The notes beneath the pieces were generated by a model. It saw only the letters and a program-made list of their open reading frames with translations. It had not been told where the DNA came from and made no database searches. The translations under genes were made by a program, and so were the position numbers. Shown here piece after piece: positions 52,003 to 64,000 of a DNA stretch of 64,000 nt. The number at the start of each line of letters is the position of its first letter. Position 1 is the stretch's first letter. This DNA is from Squalus acanthias (taxonomy: Eukaryota), in NCBI GenBank assembly GCA_030390025.1, contig CM059433.1, positions 21,950,001-22,014,000 of the forward strand. The letters are read 5' to 3'.

Positions 52003-53305
52003 GATATTTCAAACATGCCTTGCACAAGATGACCTGATTACTCATCCTGAAATGTATGGTCTCCTGACACAATCTTGCCAACTCCCATTAGTGCTGTAAA
52101 GCTGGATAAACACGTATTATTTACAACACAATAAATGCTGATACATATGTTTGTCACATCTTGTAATTCCCTTTGTGCTGTGATGTTTACATTGCTATCA
52201 CACACCTGCAGACCTGAGCATGGCATCTGTGGTGTCCAAACACTTGCCTGAAAAAATATGATCTACTTTACTGCCTCTGCCTCTAGAGAACAGTCAAAAG
52301 TGTTCCAGCTCATATGCAGTCAAAAACATTTCAGGTGTTTTATTTTATTTGCATCAGTCATCGGAATAATTTTGGAAGAAACAATTAATGATTTTTTTTA
52401 AATTTAGCAGTTGTAGTGTAAAAAGCTGGCTTTTTTTTGGTTACGCCTATATAAACCCATATGCAACAAAAATGAAGCAGTTCTTTCTTTAATTTTGTAG
52501 AGTTTCCTTTAATTCAGTCACTCACAAGGAGTTTAAAAAGAACTAGCTCTAGTAAGAAACTTGTTGGTACAAATATTGCTGGTTTTGTCGGTTACCTGCA
52601 AAGGTTGAGGAAGGAGCCAAGCTAATTTCCAATAAACACAGACTGCGTGATTTGTTCAGTAATGACTAAGGCAGTAATTATTTTCAGATGTAGTCGGCAG
52701 CTATTCAAGCTCAGAGAACCCCGAGAACTGTAACTATTGGAGATGTAAGTCTTTGGCCCTGAATTTCCTGCGTCGCACATGCAAAACTTATGCCAAAAGA
52801 TGCACTGGTTTTAGTGTTGCCGACGGGAGCTTACGTCGAGATTTCCAGCTGAGCTCATTTACCTACGCGGAACATAAAATGCAAAGCAAATGCAGTGTCA
52901 CCCATAGGGGTAATAGTGAGTGGGGAGCTTGTCTTCTGCTGTGGTCTCACTCTCAGAGCCTCTTGCCCCTGCTGCTCCTCATGCAAAACAAGGGTGTGCG
53001 TGGGGAGAGGGGGGTAGTTCCAAAAATTTGAATGCATTGAGACTGACAGCAGGTCGCTAAGAAAAATTCAATGCAAAAATGACAAAGAAAGTCACTATCT
53101 AACTCCAGAAATATCAGTTACGCTGATATCAGGTAACTGCGGGCCATGCTGTGTCTAAATCTGCCCCAGCGCGTTATTTGCATAAATCCAAGAAACGCGT
53201 GCAGGCTGCTCTTTTGCACAGGGCTCTGTCAATCAGCGGCAGAGAGTTTTGCTGAGCGTTTCTGGGAAATAGCGCAAACGATTGAGGAAATTCACACAAA
53301 GCAAT

Positions 53306-54135
53306 GGGCTGGATTTTGTCAATGGGGGCGCGTTGGGGGCAGGACTGCTGGTTTTCGGGTTTTAGCCCCGCCCCCAACGACGTCCGGCCAACCCACGCTA
53401 TTTTCCCTTGATTGACCTTGTTAAGCCCACCCTGCGGGCTTAGCCGGCCAATTAAAGGAAAGCCGGTGACAGAGGACGTCAGCGTATGACGTTTCATCTG
53501 TCAAAAATTTTTGACAAATGAATTGTCAGCATTTGACAGCTTTGAGAAGCTGTCAAACACTGACAATCTCTGTTCTAAGGTGAGCCCTTGTACTGAAGAT
53601 TCACCAAACCTCTTTCCTCAGCAGAAATCAGATGGCTGCTGTATCTGAGAATGCAGCAGCCATTCTGTCATCTCTGCGGTTGAGATGAGGCACCTCCGGA
53701 TCCCCAAGGGTTGAAGCCTGCAGGAAGAAACAAAGGTAAGTAAACTTTTTCTAACACTTTACACTCATCTCTCATACCTCTCCACACTTGCACCCATCAC
53801 TCACCTCCACAGCGCACTTTTCGATCCCTCTCACCCCCGCAGACCCACCGCTCGCCTCGCTGACCCTGGCGAGGTTCGCAGCCGTCGGGAAGCCCGCACT
53901 TGCAGGGGTAAAATGGGGATAAGCCTCTTAACTACCTGTTAACAGGCAGTTAAATGGCTGTAATCCCCTTCCCGCCTCGAGGAGACGGGTCCCTGCGCGA
54001 GTCGGGGACCCACCTCCCGGGAAGATGGCATGGAGGCGGGTTGAGAGCGGGTTCGGTACCCGCGCCCAGTTTCTGCCATTTTCCCAGCAGTCCCACCTCC
54101 ATACCTGCCTCCCCGGGGCTGGCAAAATTCCCCCC
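53306..54135. mobile_element. Harbinger-type MITE (830 bp)
   Basis: Ends gggctggattttg / caaaattcccccc with TSD AAT/AAT. Longer relative of 15309-15738. Confidence 0.83.
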
Positions 54136-55047
54136 AATGTGTCAGCGTAAAACTGGCATAAATCAGTTGCGTCCGAATTTCCTCAGGAAAGAAAATGGCG
54201 CAATGCTGTAATTAAACAATACTATCCTGAAATCTCTGGGGCAATTGAGTCACTTTGGAACTTCCAAGAGATCTAGGGCAGCTTCCACAGAAATACATGA
54301 AGAAAAGAAACACTATTAAAGCTATCTCAAAAGAATAGCCTGGCATTTAGATTGCAATCTTTTATAGTCTTCCTTTTGACGAGCTAGATTGAAAGAGTTT
54401 CTGCTGCAAATATATTGTGTATTGTATCACTGTTAGTTATTTGCTTGTTCAGCGTTTGTTAAATAAATTGACTTCAGTTTAAATCTAAAGCAAGGTCTGA
54501 TGATATTGTGGTGCTTTATCGTATATCTAATACAGGAAAGAAAACCATTGGAAGCATAGGACCATTCAACTGGCTAAAATAATTCACATTAAGGTTGTTC
54601 TCTTTGTTACCCTGGGCATGTAATCTAAACCTTACTTAGATATCAAGGCTAGTGAAGGTGCTGCTGAAGGCATTAGGAGTTTGAACTCACCTATGAGAGT
54701 GATCTAAAATACATAAGCCAAAATTCTAAAGGAAGAAAGGTGCAAGAAAATGTGACACTTTCCACTAATCATACGGTGAGTAATGTGAAGGAAATACGCT
54801 AGAGTCCAATGCCGAAAGTTTTCTGAAAACTCGTTCTTCAATTGGTTTCTTTCCCCGACTCCCAAATACATCCTGAGTGAAAATCCTTCAGTTGAAGTCG
54901 ATAACAAGGAAATTAACTGGAACTCATCACAGTTGACCACAGTATTGAAATTAGCCCAGAGGGAAAAAAATGATCAATATGTGTTCATGTGAAGTATTTT
55001 AGGATCAGTCCTTATACCAGAACTGGTTACACACGACCACGAGCTAA

Positions 55048-55395
<348 letters not shown>

Positions 55396-56194
55396 TGAAA
55401 GTCTATATAATTTAATATCACGTTTAGAGTAAAATATGATAAATAAAGTAGTGCAATGAGTTAAATATTGGCCTACCAGCTTTGCGACCAGATTGATGGG
55501 ATGGAAGTGTTTTCTCTGTCATAGATGTAAGGGTCTAAAATGAACTGTATTTGGACAGTTTGAACACACTTCCTATTGGGCATGGATTCTTCAGATAAAA
55601 CTGGCCAAACGTTACTACAGATGTCATAAAATTCACAGTATAACTCCTAGAGGCCACAAGGATGGCTGGTGTGAAGATTGCCAACTTTACTTGGTGCATT
55701 AAGAGTTGATGTTGTCAGAGTAGGGTGTGGGTGGGACAGGGGTTAAGCTACATAATTGAAGCAAATTGTACCTAACCCACACTATAACTGCCTCATTCTA
55801 AAATTGGTTGACCAAAATGGAAAACATTTCCATTCCTTAGCATCTTGTTACAGCTAGTTAATATGTTTTCTAAGACATAATGTTCCAATGTTGTGCCCCT
55901 GGCAGAGAGCCATGCCCACTGATAGCCCGTATCAGAAATTCAGGTGCATAACTCCCTGACTAATCATTTAAATGGTGAGAAATCATCAGAGCACACACCT
56001 GACTTTCCAATATGTACTGCAAGCAGGAGCGTCTTCCCGCAGGGGCATGAAATCAGAAAATTACCTCCATAATACCATGCACTTATGATCATGATTCAGC
56101 TGATTCGCTCTAATAGAGGAATACAAATACAGTTTTATAGGCTCTTCCAAGGTAAAAACACATTTCACATAACTTTACTAAGTAGCCATACTGA

Positions 56195-56885
56195 TAGAAA
56201 CATAGAAGATAGGAGCAGGAGTAGGCCATTCGGCCCCTTGAGCCTGCTCCGCCATTCGATGAGATCATGGCTGATCATCCAAACTCAGTACCCTGTCCCT
56301 GCCTTCTCCCCATGTCCCTTGATACCTTTAGCCTTAAGAAATATATCTAACTCCTTCTTGAATATATTTACTGACTTGGCCTCAACTGCCTTCTGTGGTA
56401 GAGAATTCCACAGGTTCACCACTCTCTGGGTGAAGAAATTCCTCCTCATCTCTGTCCTAAATGGCTTACCCCTTATCTTTAGACTGTGACCTCTTGTTCT
56501 GGACTCACCCGCCATCGGGAACATCCTTCCTGCATCCAGTCTGTCTAGCCCTGTTAGAATTTTATAAGTTTCAATGAGATCTCCTCTCATTCTTCTAAAC
56601 TCCAGTGAGTATAAGCCCAATCGACCCAATCTCTCCTCGTACGTCATTCCTGCCATCCCAGGTATCAGTCTGGTGAATCTTTGCTGCACACCCTCCATGA
56701 CAAGAACATCCTTCCTGAGATAAGGCGACCAAAACTGCACACAATACTCAAGGTGTGGTCTCACCAAGGCCCTGTACAGCTGCAGCAAGACATCCTTGTT
56801 CCTGTACTCAAACCCTCTCGCTACGAAGGCCAACATACCATTTGCCTTCTTAACCGCCTGCTGTACCTGCATGCTTACCTTCAGC
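56195..56885 (-). mobile_element. Young CR1 LINE 3' fragment
   Basis: 195-aa ORF 56285-56872 is almost identical to the C-terminus of the 40149-41474 ORF. Confidence 0.96.
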
Positions 56886-57225
56886 AGCTGGTCTTAAAGT
56901 TACATTTATTTTTTTATGATGTTATGTAGGTTGGCATTTTTGGGAGAAGTTAATATTTTCGGATCTATCTTTTATATCCAGTTATAACAATGTTTTTCTG
57001 AGAAATGCAATAGTTTGTAATTCCAGACACCCACAGCGTGCCCAACTATGTGTGATAAAATCCAGGCTGACTATGTCATGGGGCATTTCTATTCCTCAGA
57101 TCTTCAATCTGGACTTGCAGCTGATGGATTCGAGGCAGTATTTTGCTGTGTGTTTATGTCCCTTGAGGATTAGCCCGCAGCTCTCAGAGCTCACTTTATC
57201 TATGATGCTTATCTGTTAATGTTGA

Positions 57226-57510
<285 letters not shown>

Positions 57511-58145
57511 TAGAAACCTGGGTGTTCGCTTTTCTGTTCTGCTGTTGCTTTTATGACAATGAATAGAGATGCTAATTGGTTCATTTTTCTACCGAGTGAG
57601 TGTTCATAGGACTTTATTAGCCTGACTGTCAGAAACCTTGTTAAGTAGGAGCGCCAAAATAATTCTCATTTTGTGCCTCTCAACTGGTTTAACAGTCGAT
57701 TAGCTCATAAGTCATGGGGGTTACTTTAACTTTCGGTGATGGTGTAACACGGGCGATATAAGATCGACCACCCATTGTGCACCCCTGCCCAATTTTGCTT
57801 TCCATTCTTGAGAAGAAAACCGGATGGGGTGCATAACGAATGTCCGATCCAAAATCAGCCTCTTTATACTATCGCCCAAAGTTAAAATTAAAGTTGAAAT
57901 CAAATCCTGGGGGTGAAATTGGTCTTTGGATATAGCGTAACATGAATTGACAGCCCGTTTTACACTGCACCAAGTTTTCTTTTCTTCAATGGACTTGTGC
58001 AGCCAGATTCACGCTGACATTTCTGACTTTTGAAATATAGATTTCTGTGGTATTAGAACCAGACTATTTGCCCTTACCACTGCACGCAGCCTCTGAGTTA
58101 TAAATCAGTAACAAAGGTTAATTAAGAATTAATTTAAGAAATTGT

Positions 58146-58413
58146 GGAGGCGATTTTAACCCTACTTGCTCAGTAGAAACCTGGTGGGTGGGCAGTTAAA
58201 ATCACCCTGGCTCTTACCTGTCCAAAAGCTGCCATGATTGCAACATCTGCAATTTTAACCTGCTCTCCTGAGCAGGCAGCAAGGACACGCGCCCGGATCC
58301 AACAGGGTCCTTCTTTACATATGCATGTTGCGGCCCGATGACATCATTGCGATCCGACTGTAATTTTAACTCAGGCCCGAGTGGGGAATCCACCTGGAGT
58401 TAAAATTGGGGCC
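58146..58413. mobile_element. Harbinger-type MITE (~270 bp), copy 2
   Basis: Direct copy of 9457-9728. Confidence 0.75.
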
Positions 58414-58627
58414 AATTTGTCTATCTGTATAGATTGTATTGAAACTTAAATTTTTGGTTACTTCTGCCCTTCTTTGTAATTGCAATTATTTCTTTAAACG
58501 TTGAGATTTTTGATTTCTTATTAAGGGAACATAACATACAGCTAACATTCTGATTTTGCAGAGAGCCGGCACGGGCTCGACGGGCCGAATGGCCTCCTTC
58601 TGTGCTGTAACCATTCTATGAATCTAT

Positions 58628-60411
58628 GGGCTGAATTTTGCCGACGCTCAGAGTATGGGTTTGGAGGCTGATCCGCTGTCAAAATCACAAAGATTGACAG
58701 CGGGGCGATATCCCGCTGTAAACCCGCCTCCTTGTCAGTTTCCCAAGTGTCGGGTCTGTTATTCCTGAACAGACGCGACACCAAGTGGCGGGTCAGCCAA
58801 TTTAGATTGTTAGAAGCTTATTAAAAGGTAGTTAGGAACCATTTTCCCATGTACTTACCATTTTCAACGAGGTTCCCGGAGAGTGACTATCACGTCAGGT
58901 AAGTATGTCAGGTTCTCAATGACTGTGGATTACTGTGAATAGGTGAAAGCTGCAAAAGTGGTATAAAACCTTCCATTTCACAGCTGTTCACTTCCCAGTC
59001 TTAGAAGCTGGAGCATTAATGATTTGGAACCCACTTTTGAGCTTTATGCACTTTTGAAGTGTTTGGAGTAATCTCTCTATCCACTGTCACCTCCTTGGAA
59101 CAACCTATCTCAACATTGACAGAATACTTCTGTCATCTCAACCTCACCTATCATCTATTCCATCAGCATCGGTGCCCTTGAAAAAATCTCACCTTGGTCC
59201 TCAGAATCCCAACACAATCAGCCCCAACACCAGCATCACCGGGCACACCAGCAGCACCAACATCCACACCAGCCTTCTCCGCAATTAATTGATGCTGCAC
59301 AGGACAGAGGGCATCATCACCCGTGCACATTGCTGCCCGGGATGCCAGCGATGGCCTCACCATGTCCAGATTTGCTTCACTTAACACTGTATACCCTGGC
59401 TGCCACAAGATGCATTAGGTTGGCACCACCCCACACCAGCACCATAAAGCATCCCTATAATGTCCAAGCCATTCCTTTCTCACTCATCACTATTGGGGTG
59501 GGGGGGGTGGGGGAATCGTTATGCCTCACCATTCACTGGAACTCACTAAGACACTTTCAAAGGTGCACACAAATCTGTCCAAGAAGACAAAGTGGTGACA
59601 ATAAGGATTTCAATGCTTGACAACACATTAACAGAAAGTTTACATGAACATTGGCTAAAACACCCAAGTGCCTACCCTTGTGTGTTGTTAGTTGGTATGC
59701 TTGCAGTAGGATGAGGGTGAGTGTGAGGGGTGGCTAGTGAGATGGGGAAGTGATAATGTAGATAGAGAGGGTGGAGGTGCAAGGTAAGTTAGTGTGAGTA
59801 AGGATGTGCAGGAGTAGGGTAGGGAAGGCAGAGTGATGGGGATGTGATGAGTGGCACAGCAGGATGAGGTTCAGTGTGGCTTTGCAGTAACGTTTTGTGA
59901 TCTACTGAGATCATTGAAAGATTTGCACCACTGCAGCCTGGTCCTCCCGACGACATCCCTGCTTGTGTCCTCCTGTGCAATGTGCAACCAGGCTGCGTTG
60001 GTCTCCTGGGGAGGTGTCTTCCACCCATTGGAAGGGAAGAGAACCTCCCTGCATGCTGTGACTCCCTCCATAAGCATATGGAGGGAGTCATGGGAAAGCC
60101 TGGGTGCAGCCGTGCACCTCTGTGCAGTGCTTGTCAATGTTTGCAGCACCTCAGTGCTGCAGAACACTGACAGTACAACTGTCAAAAACAATTTGGACAT
60201 GGCCCCATAAGGAAACCGGCTGATGACGTGTCATCAAATGTCGTCATCAGACCCGCTTCCTATTAATTGGCCGGGAACCTCGCAGGGCGGGTTTAACAAG
60301 CCCCATCAACGGAAAATCTTGTTGGAGGCCGGGATGGAGACAGATGTGAGGTCCCCACACACCACAGACATCGCCTGCCACGGACCCGCCGAGGTTGGAA
60401 AAATCCAGCCC
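58628..60411 (-). mobile_element. Non-autonomous Harbinger element with Myb/SANT-like remnant, copy C (inverted, 1784 bp)
   Basis: TIR gggctgaatttt / aaaatccagccc with TSD TAT/TAT. ORF 59871-60200 reads ..PRLSHDSLHMLMEGVTACREVLFPSNGWKTPPQETNAAWLHIAQEDTSRDVVGRTRLQWCKSFNDLSRS. Confidence 0.85.
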
Positions 60412-60944
60412 TATGATTCTATAAAGCCATCCATTGGCACCTTTAAAGAGTTTACTGCTCACCTGTTTAAAATGCCCATGGGTAGAGTCTGTTCAACTGA
60501 TTAAAGTGCCAGCCCATGCAATGTAGTAGACTCTTTAAAAGCCCAGTGCTAGTTCTGGGAGGGAACCTACATTCTTGGGTGCACTCTGCGACCATTGGCA
60601 TCACAGAAAACCAAGCAATACAGTCAAGATAGCAAAATCCATGTTGAACAGATACTCTTCGAAAGAGTCTAGCTGCTCTTTTGTTGATTTAACAAGAGGC
60701 CAGAAGGTGAGCCATAGACTACATTTTGCATCCATTATAGTCGATAGGTGGAATATCATGTAATTCCATGCATGTGAAATACTTTGGGAAACCCTCCGGT
60801 TGTGAGAAAGCACTGTATCAATCTAAATGCATTCTTTCTCTGAAAAATTGGTTTCTGCCTAACTCCCAGTATTTTATTGGGTTTCATGTCCAACTCTGCT
60901 GTCATTGCTATTTAATGGCAGTGGAAGACTACCCCCAATATTAA

Positions 60945-61316
60945 AGAAAGAAAGACTTGCATTTATATAGCGCCTTTCACGACCACCGGACGTCTCAAAG
61001 CACTTTACAGCCAATGAAGTACTTTTTGAAGTGGAGTCACTGTTGTAATGTGGGAAACGCGGCAGCCAATTTGTGCACAGCAAGCTCCCACAAACAGCAA
61101 TGTGGTAATTACCAGATGATCTGTTTTTGTTATGTTGGTTGAGGGCTAAATATTGGCCAGGACACCGGGGATAACTCCTCTGCTCTTCTTCAAAATAGTG
61201 CCATGGGATCTTTTAAGTCCACCCGAGAGAGCAGACAGGGCCTCGGTTTAATGTCTCATCCGAAAGACGGCACCTCCGACAGTGCAGCACTCCCTCAGCA
61301 CTGCACTGGAGTGTCA
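60945..61316 (-). mobile_element. SacSINE1/DeuSINE-like SINE (headless)
   Basis: Deu-domain-like gagggagtgctgcactgtcggaggtgccgtctttcggatgagac...gatcccatggcactatttt and tail gtgaaaggcgctatataaatgcaagtc. An isolated tail also lies at ~35915-35985 (+). Confidence 0.8.
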
Positions 61317-62556
61317 ACCGAGCTTTATTGGCTAATTTTTTGTGATGGAAAGGAAAATAAAATAACCAAATCACAAATTCAGTCCCTTTCAAATAAAAGT
61401 CTTGCTGTAAAAGCTGATGTGGAAGCTAGACCAATGTAAAAGTCACATCTTGGATAGTTGGTTTAAATAAAAACTAGGTTGCATTGATATATAAGTTACA
61501 CCCCCATGTTTGCTGATCATAAAAAACTTGTTTGAAGGTGCACTTTCAAAATATAATTTTTGAGTATGTTTCATTGTTTACTGTATATTTTAGAAGTTAC
61601 TTCTTTTAAAATACTAGTTGCTTTCTCATGGTGTTGCGTATTACCTTTTAGCCTCCCTTAATGTAACTGATTCTCTGGTTGTCTCCCACTCTTGAGGCTT
61701 AATATTGCCTTTGAAGATACCAATATTCTGAAAAGAAGGTTTATATTTGATTGTTCTTGGGCATCAAAACAACACTTTTAAATCATTGTTTGAAAAGCTC
61801 CTTCCAAGGTGTATAACATGCTATTAGTGAAACATTTTAGCTCAGTGTTAATCTTCTCCATGCATATGGTGTAAACAGTGAATGGATTTTTGATTGGCCT
61901 TTTAGTACTGATTTCCAAACTGGTATGATTAGGCAGGATTGCTTTAGACAGGTTACTTTTATACTGACAATGGTTTAGTGAACAGAATTCTTCCCTTTTA
62001 ATGTACACTGACAAAACATTACATAGATCTCATTCTGTTAAGAGCATGCTTAACATAATTCTTAAAATGTAAAATAACAGGGAAACCTATTTAAAATGTG
62101 GAAAAATAAGTCCATCCATCCATCCAGACGTTTAAAATGATTCTGCATAATTGTTCTGAATTTAAGCCAAAATGCATGAGGTACATCTATTCTTTGATGG
62201 CTGTTAATAATCTAATATGGAATAAGCTTGGCTACTTGTATGCCAGTTAGATTTCAATGTGTTCCCCTATATAGGATTGAAACATGCAGCACAGTACAGT
62301 TCTACACAATGTAATCTGAAATTTGCCAAGTGATCTGAAAGCACCTCAAGAGGCTGGTCCTTGTGTTTTATGCTGGCTGCAATAAAACAGTGCAAAGCCT
62401 TTTTATAAAGTTTGTTTTTTAAAGTCTCAAAAGATCCTAGGTGGTCCATTGTTAGTAACGAGCCATTAAGACAGTTAGCTTTTTATCAGCATTAAGAATT
62501 CCACTGCTATTCCAACATCAGTGAGCAGCGCTGCCTTTATTTAAACATGGGAAGTC

Positions 62557-62632
62557 GCACAACACCAGGTTATAGTCCAACAGATTTATTTAATTTTACA
62601 AGCTTTCGGAACAGTTCGCTCCTTCGTCAGGT
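62557..62632. mobile_element. Short Penelope-type terminal remnant
   Basis: cacaacaccaggttatagtccaacagatttatt...agctttcgga...ctccttcgtcaggt, recognised from recall of shark Penelope ends. Confidence 0.5.
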
Positions 62633-63167
62633 AAGTTAGCAGTGAGAGAATCTCCCAGAATTCACAATTTAAACACAGACAAAATATATTCAAATCTTTC
62701 CTACATCAAAGAGCACAGCCAAGACAATGAGATGTGTCCCAGGGGGTCCAACGTGTCAAACCACCTGCTGGCTGCATATCCAGGATATGTCACTAATAAA
62801 ATCTCACTCAGATGAGCCTCAAAGACAGAGAGCACAGGCAATAGAAACCCCACTTAGTAAATATATGTCTGCGGAGGTTATGAGAGTTTAAGAGCCACTG
62901 AATTGCATGTGACCTATTCCATTCCTTATTCAAAGCATCGCATGTCATCACAGGGTCAGAGTATAATTTCTATTTCCTTGTATGATCATTGCTCACACAC
63001 AGCTGCATATATCATTATACTACCATTTAAATTTATTTGAAATAGCTCAGTACAATACAGCTTAAAACAGTAACTTAAAAGCAAAACATATTTAAGTGTG
63101 ACTTTGACCTGAAGTCTTTTTCCAGTACCTATCTTAACACAGCCTCCCTCAAACTTAATTGTTTCAG

Positions 63168-63341
63168 CAATCACATGTGGTCACCCAGGCAACCCAGGTC
63201 ATGGCAAAACCAACGGCAGTCAGTTCAATCTCAATGATGTTGTAAACTTTACCTGTGGTAAGGGATATTTACTGCAAGGCGTATTGAGAGCTCAATGCCG
63301 GGCTAATGGTCAGTGGAGCAGCCCATTGCCAACCTGTCGAG
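63168..63341 (+). CDS. CSMD1: CSMD1 internal exon, Sushi domain (174 nt, phase 1-1)
   Basis: Acceptor ttgtttcag|, donor |gtaaga. Translates (P)ITCGHPGNPGHGKTNGSQFNLNDVVNFTCGKGYLLQGVLRAQCRANGQWSSPLPTCR. Confidence 0.96.
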
Positions 63342-64000
63342 GTAAGAAAAGTACTTGTATATTTAGCCATCTGTATTTTGATTTGGATATATATTTCTTC
63401 ATTGCAGTTCTTCATTTGGAGACATTGTTTGATAGTCAACTGTTGAATATTAAAAAATCATTCATATTTGTAACGTTACAAACGTTACGGTTTTAAGTTA
63501 AATAAGAACCCTTTATACAATTGTTATTACTTCCCCATTTACTGTTTCAAGGTTTGATTTTTAGGAGAAGTGTACCACATTTCAAATGACTAGTTTGAAT
63601 TTCTCGCAGCTTCAGGAGACATTTATGGTTGTCTTGTAAACAATAAAATAGTGAGCGGTTGAAATACTAGGAGACACATTAAAGTTTAGGAGTAAGAAAG
63701 AAAGTCACACAGAATTTTTGTTTTACCCAAGGGTAAAAGAGCTAAGAAAGAAGTTACTAGAGATAGGTATTGAAAAGCACATTACAAATGACTTCAGTGG
63801 CAATTAGGTGTTCCTGGAGAATGAAAGTATTGAATCACATATTTTCCTCTGGTTGAAAACAAGTAGACCCTTTTTGTGCTTGCTGTGAGGGATTCCTCCA
63901 GTCCACATTAGGGACCAGAAGAATATGCACTTAATGGTTTGGGGAAAGGGGTTTATATCATTTAAAGAAGGATTAGCTTGTAACCTAACCCAGCAAACTA

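Overview
Eukaryotic (vertebrate) genomic DNA. The repeat content (CR1/HER1-type LINE tails, an HE1/V-SINE fragment, a SacSINE1/DeuSINE-like element, Penelope hairpins) points to a cartilaginous fish, probably a shark. The window lies inside one large + strand gene. Five symmetric phase-1 exons (18076-18261, 46955-47149, 55115-55288, 57278-57451, 63168-63341) each encode one Sushi/CCP domain and splice in frame; the peptide is best recognised as CSMD1. The rest (about 98.6%) is intron, densely filled with nested transposable elements: many CR1 LINE fragments, RTE, L2-like and Penelope fragments, several SINEs including an LF-SINE-like one, two copies of a solo LTR and a hAT-type MITE. There is also an unusually rich PIF/Harbinger assemblage: a decayed two-gene element, a second transposase fragment, three copies of a ~1.8-kb non-autonomous element retaining a Myb/SANT-like ORF, and more than ten MITEs, most with 3-bp TSDs. 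No prokaryotic-type system, CRISPR array or RNA gene is supported, and I found no clear evidence of a wholly novel system. The best leads are inverted repeat pairs bracketing in-frame Sushi exon modules, the Harbinger families, a foldback duplication and a strong CTCF site. Family and gene names come from recall of consensus sequences, not database searches.
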